A DNA stretch of 63,514 nucleotides, filler included, from Choristocarpus tenellus KU-1152 (taxonomy: Eukaryota; Protista; Phaeophyceae): the NCBI GenBank assembly GCA_964200185.2. It is 10 parts of 10 records of this genome, joined end to end, with 100 filler letters (N's around TTAATTAATTAA, not from the genome) between each part and the next. Parts side by side here need not be neighbours in the genome. Positions count along the whole stretch, not along the records: positions 38,143 to 50,301 come from CAXNAD020001946.1; positions 50,402 to 54,946 come from CAXNAD020014068.1; 8 more parts are not named here. One strand, written 5' to 3'. Positions 38,350 to 50,650 of this stretch are shown piece by piece (the first letter of the stretch is position 1; each line of letters opens with the position of its first letter). Under the pieces are notes generated by a model, which saw nothing but the letters and a program-made list of their open reading frames with translations, had not been told where the DNA came from and ran no database searches. The translations under genes and the position numbers were made by a program.

Positions 38350-39460
38350 ATTACTCCAGAGTATCAATTAACACCATCGGACGATGCAGCTGCATCTGTG
38401 GGCTCAACAAGAAATACAATATTAATATCATAAATATTAATATCAAATGAGCGGATGTACTGTGGTAGATGAAACCATAATTGAGAAATCTTCAAAAGAG
38501 AATGTCGGCATAAAGTTCCTGAACTACCACCCTGGATGGCAACTGTCTTTTTTTGGCCTGTAAAATGTATCAGATCTCTCATCAGTCTGGGCAGTTGGCA
38601 TGGCTGGGGGTCCAAGCCTTGGCTGCATGTTGAAACAGTTTGTGACCATGGACCAAGATACTGGTACCAGGATGATCCACATCCCGATGAAATTGAGATA
38701 GTGGCGCCCATATATATAAAAAGTATTTCAACCAGATTTGCTCAGCCATGATGGGTTGGGTCCACCTGGCCAAAACATGTACCAGGCGATCCCGAATACA
38801 TGTTGTGGGAATGAATATTTTTCGTTTATCTCTTCAGTCACTCTATTTCCAATCATTCTTATCATAATGATCAGGACCAGATGGGGCGGCACCTTATCAT
38901 CTATTCCATTATGTTTTACTTGGCTGCAGGGCGACTATCAACCTGACTTGGTTGTGATCTCCAATGATCCTAATCCGGGCTTCTTGAGAATATTGGAACC
39001 CGTCCAATCCATGGACCAGGCTCCAATTATCGTAGGTCGGTCATCCTATCTCTCCATTGTCCTTCCAGTGTGATGGAGCAGGGTCCCAAATATATATTTC
39101 CAGCATCAGCAGAACGGCATGACTGTGGAAGAAACTTATGTACATACTGTCATTGGCGTAAATTTTCATTGGCAGAACAATTTATATCATTATACCAATA
39201 CGTCGATATCCCCAATATCTGGTTATCCAAAATCTCCCAATTTGACCTGAAAATTGTCGACTCTAACCCTAGCCCAAAACCATTTTGGCTGTATTTGGTA
39301 CCCTGGCAGGGAGCACCCGCCAAAGAAGCGTACCTACTGCCCAATCCAACACTTGGGGCCAGCATGGGCACATCTCGCTCGATTACATAGTCCTACATAC
39401 TCCCACCAGCCTTGCATACTTGTGTTCCTTTCTATAGGTTGATCTCTCATTAAGTTAATA
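38350..39460 (-). mobile_element. Ty3/gypsy pol relic (RT end, RNase H, integrase zinc finger)
   Basis: Degenerate SLVHGLDGFQYSQEARIRIIGDHNQV (RNase H ..TDH.. like) followed by KIFIPTTCIRDRLVH...YIWAP...RDVDH (integrase zinc-finger like), in gypsy order. Confidence 0.45.
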
Positions 39461-39501
39461 AATATCCGCACAAGTAGTGCATCAATGCTGCCATGTATTA
39501 C

Positions 39502-39552
<51 letters not shown>

Positions 39553-39739
39553 AATATTCAACACCCTGTTTTCATTATCAAGCACCTTAGCACCCAATAC
39601 GAGAGAGTTTCCAACCCTCGCACATTGGTTTCCTTCACACATCAAAAATATTTAATCAACATCATGTCATGTTTGAAACGCTCCCATTGAAGTATGTGAT
39701 ACTTCCACAACATAATCTACAAAGTGTATTTCTTGTATT

Positions 39740-42664
39740 TTATACAGGTGCCGGTTGACGGAAGAAGTTGTACAATTTCTTTGCGTTAGCCCCTCCAATC
39801 AAAATCGCCAAGGCCTCCTCCGTCATACCACTCAGCTCTGCCACTGACTCCACTTCCCGCATGACCTGTCCAATCAGAATGGATATATCGTGAAGAGAGG
39901 GGGGGAGGGGGTATCAATGCTTCTACTATAACATGCAATGCTGACATTTCATGTGCGCGTTGTCATGGGGGAAAAAGGACACAAAATACAAACATGGTTT
40001 GAAATACGTGAGAACAACCCAATGGTTCCTTTCCTATTGATGGTTTCATATTATTAGTACTTACAAAAAAGTATGTACGTAAGACAATACATACACACAG
40101 TATGGAAGTTCTTATCAGATTGTTCGCATCATAAAAAAATAAGGACCAAAGACAAATACAAATACTCCATTTGAGGGGCAGAGGACAATGGCGGACAAGT
40201 GACACTATCATCTATCAGGAAAAGTACCACAACAAATTTCACTTCTCCCAGAACAAGTACTGACTCAGGTTAGGGGTCATTATTGTCAGACATTTTTATA
40301 TTGTTGTCCTGATAGTGAAGAGAGAGAGAGAGAGAGAGAGAGAGTCTCAAGTCACCATAGCTAAGAGACCTAAACATACAATACCAGTGACTGTCACTTG
40401 TTCACTGTCACCCCACTGATTTCATATCTTCTGGCAACATCAACAGTACACATAGCACAATGCAAGAGATACAGCACGTAAGAAACTGAAACATCTAACA
40501 CTCTCCTCTAACACTAAAGTGTCACAAAGGGCCCTTCTTTGCTATTGGCAAGACAGGTGAGTGTGCATAATACACAAAATGATATTTCAATACTTGTTTG
40601 CATTTTGGTCCAGTGCCAACTGTCTCTTCTTGACAAATAGACAGCAAGAAAATGAAGATTTTGATTAAAAAAAACACCTATTGTGTCACTTCAAGTCAAA
40701 TAGAAAGCATTTGTCCTACTTATATTCAAAGCCACAAATCAAATGTAGGCCAAGATTAAGGGGGCACAGTACACCTTGCGAAAAACAATTATTGTACCAA
40801 GATAGTAGTGGATTTTTTGTCACATGTGGCAATTACAACGCATTCATGCTCCAATCTCCCCTTTGCAATGGTAGTACCAGCATCACTCTCACACCTGTCT
40901 AAAGTTATGTATGTTGATGCCAGGTAGGCGCATTAATAGCTCCCTTGCAGCTGTGTTCCCCTCCCCCTGGTCCTCTTCTCCCTCTCCCCCACCTGCAGCT
41001 AAGGCCTTATCCACGTCCACGGGGGCATTGCCTGCCATCAACTCTAGGAAGATATCTGAGGTAGCGTACTGAGATCTGCACAGGATCATGATACACATGG
41101 ATCAATAGATGGATTGATGGATGCATGGAATTGAAACTAATTATTCCAATTCCTCACAATGGCCTATTTTTTAATGTCAAAAGTACAAAGAGGGAGAACA
41201 TTAGCTAAACATCGGCACTATTTCACCTCTCACAAGACCATGGACCAGTCAGTAGCATTAGGCCAGTGTACCTCATTGCCCACCTAGTGCGTGTGTCCCA
41301 CAACCATGTAATCAAAACAATATATATCGGGCAAAGGCTCATCAAGAATCAGTTTCAACTCACAGCCAGCCTTTTGCACATACGCAAATTCTATGACAAA
41401 AAAACTTGCTACATTGTTGCCTAAGGCAAGCAAATTTTGCAATAATGCAAGTGATAGGACCCAGTAGGACCAAGGATACATTGTTGTCTAAGGCAAGCAG
41501 ATTTTGCAATGATGCAAGTGATAGGACCCCATAGGACCAAGCCAAAAAGGTTTACACTAAGAACCATATTTGCAGCAGTATCTGCAAAAAACTGACCTGG
41601 AGGACCAAGTATCATACCTGGACGCCTCAGTACCTTCACAAATTTCTGGAGTTTGAACGGTACTCTTAAGAGTACAGAGTTGGACAGGGATCAAAAAGGA
41701 CCGGTACAAAAATATATCTATCAGAACATGTCTCAACCTGTTCCTTGTGTTGCTAGTACACATCTACTTCAAGTATCGCCCATTGACTTGTACATATCTA
41801 ATCCTCTATATGCATGGACCAAGAAACAAAAGGAGGACCAAGAAATGCACGCAGCATTTTCTAAGGTGGAAGTTTGATGAGATGGAATGCCTGAAAAAGA
41901 TAAAACTAGTTTCACTTGAATAGAGATGTATTGATACCATGTACCTTCTCCTTGTCATCATTTCACAGAACAAATCTGCGGATGGGGAATGTGAATCAGA
42001 CTCCCATGAGAATCTCATCAGGTACCTCCTTTGAGTGACCTAAATCTGTCAACAATATCAGTGTCCATGTTGTGGTGTATTGACCGATTTTCAAGCATGA
42101 TGTCTTGTCTTGGAAGCGCTTCCCAGGCGGTGTGAGAACCCTCTAAGAATGCCTATTTTAGCACCCGTATTGAGTCTGACAGATGACCATTTGGACAATT
42201 TGACAATATTTTTGGACGTCCCTCATCCACTAGTGAGAGAGTCAATATGCCAAAATAAACCTCCAAGAAACTTATAGAGCTACAGTAAACCACATTTTTT
42301 CATCTTTGGCGCTTTCACCTGCAGCTCATACATATTTCACACTGTGGGAGGACAAGCACCATCGCCAGTACATACCTGGACCATAAAATCCGCAGCTGTG
42401 GAAAGTGCATAGTTAAAAGGGTGAGCTGAGAGGTGATTGATGTGAGCTTAATATCCGATGACAGCTCCCCCGACTGGAGAAGGAAAAACGCCTGTAGTTA
42501 ACAGCAATCCAACAATTTCGATCAAAAGACGAAGTGACTCAATTGAGAAAAATATAGAAAGAAAAATGACCTAAACAATTGAAGATTGCGATTGTGTACT
42601 AATGTGCTATTTCCATGTACTTCGATAGCTTTACATGTATGAGTACATGTGTGCATGTATGTGC

Positions 42665-42695
<31 letters not shown>

Positions 42696-45600
42696 TTCAA
42701 TCCTACTAGAACTCTAGATCATTACAAACAGCCCACAGCCGATTCGAACATTTGAAGCCATCACAGATGTGAAACGGACTATGACAAAGTTGAGTTAGAT
42801 GGTGTTGGGGCGCATTTGCTTAAGTGGATGCATGTATGAAAGTATGGAGTACAAGTGATACTATAATAGGTGTGCTGGGGAAAAGACACACACCAGACCA
42901 ACGGAACCAATGCTTCTTGATATTTTTTCTTTAAATGTCTTTGTCCATGGTGTGGCAACTGGGTTAATGTTGAGGTCTCTTGAGCTTTGGTAAGTTTTTG
43001 CTGACTAAGGGGAGTTTGGGGACGAGCATTTTACTGAAGAAGGAAAACGAACTGGTGAAACGGAACGTTTTTTCTCCTTACTTAGTCGTTAGATCGTGCC
43101 ATGAGTGCTTCCTTTGGTTAAGATATTTTGAGCAAGCCATGTAAATGTTGGCACAGTTGACATTGCAAGAAGCGTCCAAGTGGGTTAGTGCTCTCAAATC
43201 GGGGCTATAGGATGGAAAAGCTCTTGGGGAGGAGTACGTTTGAAAGTGGGGCTTGTCATCAGCGCAAGTGTGTTGAAGCTTGTGTAGTGAAAGAGAGATT
43301 TTCTCACTCAGACGCAGACAGTTCTATCGAGTAGATACTGCTGTGCAATCCTCAATATCATCGAGCTCAATGTATGCTGTTCAATTGGGCAATGGAGGAA
43401 ACGTGTTCTCCTCTCTCCTAATGGCCTTTGTACCTTCCTCACTTTCGCCTTATGGTCCATAGAATGGTGTAGGAAGCTTCTATTTCCAAATCACTCAACC
43501 TGCATTAGACAATGCCAAGAGGCTTCAGCTGTCATATACAGCATCAGCACCAACCCCTTTCAATTCAATTGTCCATGGGTAGATGGGTGGTGGTCCTCCG
43601 ACACAAATATAGCAATATAGTGGAGAATATAAGCTGGATGATGCCTGCTATGAATGCAATTGTAGATGGGGTAGTGGTTTCATTTTTGCACATTTTCCTG
43701 TGCGTTTGTACGTTGACCACTTGCTCAAGTTCTGATTCCTAGCATGTGTCACTGTGGCAATGTACAAAGTACAAGTCACAACACTGTCTGGGCAAGCTAC
43801 TATTGTGCTGTTCAGGGGCATGTGAAATCAGGATATGTTCCACACACTATTCCACACACTAGAAAGGTGATTATCATTCCCAAGACGGGAATGTTCTCAG
43901 TTCAGCGGCATCAAATGTTGCTACTCACTTCACACTCATTTTTAGAACAACCATGCCCCCTCCAAGGCTACAATATGAGCCTGGCTGCTACCCTTCACGC
44001 AACATCAAGATTTCAGGCGTTGGACACCCTTAAGGATGTGACATTTTCAACATTCTCTCCACCACTGTAAATCAACAACGTCAGGGTATATTTGAAGATG
44101 CGACTGAGCAAATCAGAGCCAGGAAGTCACTACATCAGAATTTCTACGAGAAAACCACAGGAGACAGGAGCAGCGGGATCCATACTCTTATCAAAATCAG
44201 GTGTTAGGTGACTGTGAGAAGTGCGATTTTCTCTCTTATTGATGCCATTTTGTAGTCTTTATAGTCAGAGTACTGTGTCTGGCTATTATCAATAGTCATG
44301 GATAGTCAGTCGTCCCTGTGTGTTACCCCCAACGCAGTCAATAATCGTGCATAGAATGAGCTACTGAGTAAAAGTAAATAAACTAGAGGTACCCAGTTTT
44401 TGACTATTTTGCACTGTAGCCACTTTTTCAATCTTTTTCAATCTTTTTCAATTCACCCATATTTCTATGGATGCAGTAATAAGTTTGACTTGAGAGGGTT
44501 GGTTCCTCTATTTTTTTTTGCTTTCAACACAATGCGGAAATATCCTATATGGATTGGTACAAAAAGCCGAGTTTTGCACATATTTTCCCGCATCCTTACT
44601 ATCCAACTCTGAGTATCTCTCGTTTACTTTGACACACTCCTGGAGACGTTCCACTAGAGGATGAGGTTGGTACCGTAGGCCTCTCACACACTGAGGACAT
44701 CAAACATTAAAATAGTGAAGTGGGATCGAGGTATATATCAATAATAGTTAAGAACAGTGGATGATCATTGTTTAACAAAATCAGAAGTTGTGGGATCAAA
44801 TCTCGGCTGGATCGCTTTCCCGATTCCCTAAATCGGGAGGGGAAAGATGGAGTGATAGATGAGTTCTAGAACGGGGTGAAGGGAAAATGTGAAGATAGAG
44901 AGAACTGCTTGGGGAGAGTGTGCGATTGAAGGGATGATGCCCATAGATTGGAGCAGCCATTATCGAGAACTGTTCCAAAACAAGCAAAGGGGTGGGTCCC
45001 TACAAACAGGGGCGCTTCTATAGATCATTGCACATGACCTCATCCTCTCATCTACAAATTTCCTTCCAATATTTCATCTATGCCGAAGAGGTCATCCATG
45101 GCATGTGGTGGCTTCTGACCTGAGGTGTATAGGGGTCGATGTAGTGATCCACAGGGACCATGTGATCTGTATCTATCCTGTAGAAATAATTGTTTTGTGC
45201 TGTCTCTTTAGTTTTGAGATAATGGATTACAAACACCCCACAGCCATATGGTTTATTGTGGTCATCTCAGAGTACTCAAGTTTTCAACTTGGCATTTTGG
45301 GGGATGACTGTCCTTCCAGAATCTATACAATGTCATCTCTTGTTGAATACCTACGATTAGTTATATATGCATCCATGTGTGATACACCTCTCATTATAGT
45401 AAAAAACGAAGTTCTCATTATTTGGGGTGTAGATGTATGACTGAGGTTATACATATGAAATTGAGTAGCTCTCCCTATTCAAAAATATTATGTGGGTACA
45501 ACTTTCTATAAACCCAACAAAAATATAAATAACCCACTCCTAGAGCAGTAGTTGAGCTCAACCTGATATGACAGCCAGTTGATCTCCTTCTGGTGAAGCA

Positions 45601-48518
45601 TGAAGGCAGGGGCAAGGGATATACAACAAAAACATATCGGTTTTGCTCTAATAATTGTAATCACATGCCAAATTTAGTTTGAAGTGTTTTACTTCAGCAG
45701 TTATACTAATTTTGCCTTAATAGTTTTTTGCTTCATACATATTTTACATGCATAATGTGGGGTATTTCAGAGTGCAGTGTGTATGGCACGGCATATGTAT
45801 GTTACCACATCACCTTGTCTGGATTAAATTCAATGAGTAGCGTGGGCACCTTGTAGTGCTTCAACATAGCCTCCACCTGTAAATAAATAAAGTGCAAGTA
45901 TTATTCCAAAATAGGATAAGAGCACGAAGTTGTTCACAACACGGCCTCTATCTGTAGGATTTAAGGAACAATTACCACACAAAAAAAACGACTTCATTCA
46001 TATATGAGAAAAGAACTCTAGCAGCACGCATACATATACAGACATATATAGGCACATACATATCTGTATGTACATAACCCAGAGCCAATATAGTCACTTA
46101 AGTGTGTGCATATGTGCACTTGGTTATGTACTTGTTCAGACACATGGACACAGACAAACATAAAAATACAGGCGGATCAAAACCTCAGGCCACTGAGTAC
46201 TGAGGGAAAACCATTCTAAAACCATTCTAAAACCATTCTGAGATGCCAAGTCAGAGCCTACAGCAGTCTAGGATCACCACAACAGACCACTGGCACTTTA
46301 CTTCATTGGTAATCAAGGATTTGAAAAAGAAATACCTTCTCAAAAAATAGTCAATTGCTTCTCAGATCTTGAGAATATCAGAACAATTCAACTCAACTAT
46401 TTTGCAAATGCTGGCAAGATGGAGATGCCGACTTGATAAAATCTCTAATTAGTCCCAAACAAGTGTGACTAAAAAAGTTATCATCAGTAGAGGGGAACCT
46501 GTGAGCTTTCTATAATTCAACTGTTGTCAGACACCCCTCCTACCCCCCATAACGGGACCTACCTGTGACCCAACCCTGCCTTCTGGAAAATGTTGAAATA
46601 GTGGTTATAACCCAGGACATAATACTTTACAAGGTGACTGAAATGACCCTAGTCTGGGATCACTTGTTCACTGCTATCTCATTTTATTCCAAGCACACAC
46701 TACAGCAGTTGGCCCAGAGTGTGGGCACGAGTTTAGTTCTTGGTGGCTGGCATGATCCTGGACTGCGATCCACTAACAAAGCCATCGAGGGAAGGTTCTC
46801 ATTCATCAACACAGCTACCCCTTGACCAACAAGGCAGTATTTCAACAGTGTTGTTTCAAGTTAGAAGGCAATTTAAGAAATTCTCACACATGAAAAAAAA
46901 AAAAGGCCTCTTTTTTAAAAACGCTCAACTGTTTACCTGGTTGAAGAGTCTTCCTGATGACATCGACTGAAAGAGGTCTGACAAGCTCTTCCTTTCAACA
47001 CATATTTCAGGAGTTAGAACAAAGTCACCCACGGATATCACCACAGGCACCAGCTCAAACCCACGCTACAAGAGCCATTAGTGTGAAGGGTGTGGAGAGC
47101 CAAGGGGGGACGGGAGGGGGAAGCAAGTAGGGGAAAGCAGTGGTAGAATGTTCCTGAGTCATTTTAAATACATCCTCTTGAGTGATAGCACCTCAGCAAT
47201 AAAATGGCATCCACTCTAATTGGTAGAGGTATTTTGTGCACACCTGGTACAAATAATATCAAAACCTGGAGTGATTTTCACTGGTAAGAATATACGAGTT
47301 GTGAAAAATAAAACATGTATCGATACCCAGTAGTACTGTATTCTCATTGAAAATACATCGGTACTAATGTTCTCATCAAAAGAGTATATGGCCAGGTAGT
47401 GGAGGGGGGAAGTCGCTGGGATTGCCAGAAGAGAACAGTTTGCGGGGCTGTCGGATAGCACAACACAGGAAGAATGAATATATCACCCTACTGCTGAACT
47501 ACAACACATGGAACTGGCCTCCTACTTTGATAGGTTTCTGCACACCAGAACCGATGAACCAAATAAACAACAGGAGAGGGGACAGACAACACAAAGACAA
47601 AACTACATCCTTGAGAGTTTTTCGAGATGCTGTGCCTCACACTGGAAATCTCTTCGCCAGCGAGTCAGTCGTTGGAAACCGTTTTTTCACTTTTTTTTTT
47701 GCCGCTTTCATCTTCTTTTTTTTCTGAATGAATACTCAAGCAGTAAGTGCTGCTCTCGTTGCATCATCAATGAGCCTGCTAACCTTGCGTTATCTTGACT
47801 GTACGCAGATAATTACCGTACCATGTTGTCTGATCTTGACAAATCTCCTCTAGTAATGCAGTCATCTTCTTTTTTTCTTTGTGGCAGTGTAACTGTCGTG
47901 GTCTCAAATGAGATAACTGTATAATGCAACAATTGCTGTGCGAAGTTTTTAGATTGGGAATCAAAATCTAACACTAATAATAACACTAATAATAACACTA
48001 ATAATAACACTAATAGTAATAATAATAATAATAAACAATAACAATTATAAAAATAACAATAATAACAATAACAACAATAACAATAATAACACAAAAAACA
48101 ATGCCCCATTAACCAAAGAAAGTAATCCATGTGTGAAAAATATTGCAAAACAGTGAGAAAAATAAATAGAACAATCAGGATCGTGTGTTCGTGTTCTCGA
48201 AACAAATAAAAATCTTTCCACATCCTCACCCCTGACCCCCACTAACTACCCCATCCTAATCTACCATACCATAGTTCTGGGCCCTGCTTATACCTGGTGA
48301 AGAAGATTTGGAAGTATACTTCGGAACTCCCTCAAATCAACAACAACCTTGGGAGGTCCCCTTTTCCCTCGCCTCCCTCCACCCCCTGCCCTCTGACTGA
48401 CCAGTGCCCCCCCAACTGCCCCCACACCCCGTTGGTCTATCTCCCAGGTCTGATCTCCCAGTGGTGTGGAGAGATGAGTATAGCCTGAATCAGCCCCTAG
48501 GGTTGCACCAGGCACAGT
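39740..48518 (-). CDS. ERCC4: DNA repair endonuclease XPF (Rad1/MEI-9/UVH1), C-terminal nuclease + HhH2; exons 48518-48294, 47065-46937, 45876-45814, 42491-42376, 41075-40895, 39865-39740; 5' part not identified
   Basis: VVVDLREFRSILPNLLH; VGDFVLTPEICVERKSLSDLFQSMSSGRL (GDXnERK motif); HYKVPTLLIEF; LTLLTMHFPQLRILWSRS; LLMRLPGINIHNFR; AKKLYNFF. All junctions are GT-AG and in phase; stop TAA at 39742-39740. Confidence 0.96.
41411..41541. repeat. Two-copy ~67-bp tandem duplication in an XPF intron
   Basis: ACATTGTTG(C/T)CTAAGGCAAGCA...GTGATAGGACCC..TAGGACCAAG occurs twice. Confidence 0.9.
44366..44635. mobile_element. MITE family C (XPF intron)
   Basis: Collinear with 53613-53874; flanked by ACT on both sides. 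Confidence 0.8.
47970..48090. repeat. Compound AAT/AAC microsatellite; others: (ATT)n 39503-39550, (GA)n 14834-14853 and 40320-40344, (TA)n 42669-42694, poly-G 19365-19407
   Basis: Directly visible. Confidence 0.95.
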
Positions 48519-50158
48519 CTGCTTAAATGAGATATGAAGGGGGGAGGTTGAAGACTAAGGAATTTCTGTATATATTGACTATAAAACCCCTAAGGGATGA
48601 CAGCTGATACCCTATGGAGTACATTCACCAACATGCAGAGATGCATGGGGGTAGGGGAGGAGAGGGGTATATTTGACAAATATGTTGAGGTATGAAAGTT
48701 GACCATTCCTATCTTATAATGAGACACAATACAAAAATTACAATACTCTTTAGTGATACTGAAAATATGTGTCCACAGTCCAGTAATGGACATCATGTCT
48801 TCAATTGGACTGCACGCTGGTCACAAGTCTGCAAGGAACTTCATTTGGGTGAAAGGAATTGGTAAGGTGTGTAGGGAGGGGATGCTGAACTCACAGAAGT
48901 GATTAAATGTATTCTAGAATCCCTTGGGTATATTGTTGATAAAGGGGCACTGCCAAGTGGCTTCTTGACGATGTTGAGGATGTCCCTCATAGACTGCATC
49001 AAAATATCAAAGGTGAGGCATAGAGTGTAATGATATTTATAATAATAGTGTATGGCATTTGATAGGTTAGGGCAAGGTTTTGAGGTGCTTGAAGTGTGGG
49101 CAAGGTAAGAGAAATGAAAAGGCGTTTCTTCCTGTTACAAGTCCTCACCAACTAACTAATATTTCTCAATCATTTAGCAATCATGCAAAATGCAGGTCAA
49201 GATTAGAGTAGGGGATATTATTGGTTGTTCATTAGTCAGCTCTCTACAGACTATTGTTGAACTACATAGGTTGGTGATAGTTGAGGAAGGGGGGGAGGGG
49301 GGGGTAGGGGAAGATGATGTGTCAGTAGATGAGGTGTATTGATTCAGGCATGTATCATAATTGCAATCACCATACTAACTCATGGAGCCAGTAGATTGGA
49401 TGGGGGCAAAGAGGCGGGCAGACAGGCAGAGGAAAGGGGGAGGGTATGTCTTAGACCTGTAGGATCAAATCGCGGAGGTCAACCACACTACAGTATTAAA
49501 GCACTGCTTCAATGCAAGGGTATGGAAAAGGGAGTAGGAAGTAGTGTAGCTGTCACAGTAGAAATGCGATACCATAGGTACGTATATTCATGCTAATTTA
49601 GGAGGTCAGTTCATCACAAAACAAAACAATACACAAGACAATTATTTAGGTGAAGACCTTTAGCGGGGAGGGGTGCTATCTTGAACACAGTGTCATTATG
49701 AAAGGGTTATCTTTCTCGAATACCTTTCGAGGACATGTTTTCAACGCCATTCCACCAAAACCAATACCATGCCCAACACCGCCATTTCAGAAAAAAAAAT
49801 AAAACAAGGAAAAAAAGTAGACACTTTTTAAAAAATAGTGAAAACCCTTTCACCCCTAAAAAAGGACTCTCACTCACACTGTCCAGGAATACTAGACAAG
49901 AATAACAGTCCAAACTGTTCTCATCCAGAACTGCCCCGGTAGTAATGCCCAAGCAATTTGAAAGAAGATAGTAGACAGTTGTATATCAACATGGTTTAGT
50001 TTCTGGCTGTGCATTGCCATTGCAAAAAGACATTCCATGGCATTTCAGATGGTGAGCATAAAAAAGGTCAGTCCTATCAAAAGGCCTCAAGACATCGACC
50101 GTGCATGGGATGAAACCTTCCTTCTTAGAGATCCTTGAACAAAAAAGCATGTTCAATT

Positions 50159-50301
50159 GAAGTGATTGCAATCAAGAAGTGATTGCAATCAAGAAGTCAT
50201 TGCAATCAAGAAGTGATTGCAATAGAGAAGTCATTGCAATCAAGAAGTCATTGCAATCAAGAAGTCATTGCAATCAAGAAGTCATTGCAATCAAGAAGTC
50301 A
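50159..50301. repeat. 17-bp minisatellite GAAGT(G/C)ATTGCAATCAA, about 8.4 copies, truncated by spacer
   Basis: Directly visible tandem array. Confidence 0.95.
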
Positions 50302-50473
50302 NNNNNNNNNNNNNNNNNNNNNNNNNNNNNNNNNNNNNNNNNNNNTTAATTAATTAANNNNNNNNNNNNNNNNNNNNNNNNNNNNNNNNNNNNNNNNNNN
50401 NAGATACTTTGAGCCTTACCATTGCTCTACCCCTAGTGGCGAGCGGGCTTGAAATGTTAGACTTTATGCTTGA

Positions 50474-50650
50474 GGTTCAAAGTTTCGGGGGGGGGGCGAC
50501 GGCTGTCCACTTGGGGTCAATTTTTCATGTCGCAATTTTTATGTGATTTAGTTGCATACGTTGGGTGGATAATGTAAATGCACTTTTCCTGATTTTGACC
50601 CAAATGGACACCCTAGTGTAGACCTCCCCCCCCCCCAGATACTTTGGGTC
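50474..50650. mobile_element. MITE family A, complete copy; partial copies at contig edges 19196-19264, 32988-33021, 33122-33146, 54868-54946, 55047-55073, 59012-59067
   Basis: Near-identical GGCTGTCCATTTGGGGTCAATTTTTTCATGTCGC core in the longer copies; shared TIR ends in the shortest. Confidence 0.85.

Noticed and set aside
50159-50301. CRISPR-like array of palindromic repeats
   Set aside because: Head-to-tail 17-bp units with no unique spacers, no cas genes and a eukaryotic context.
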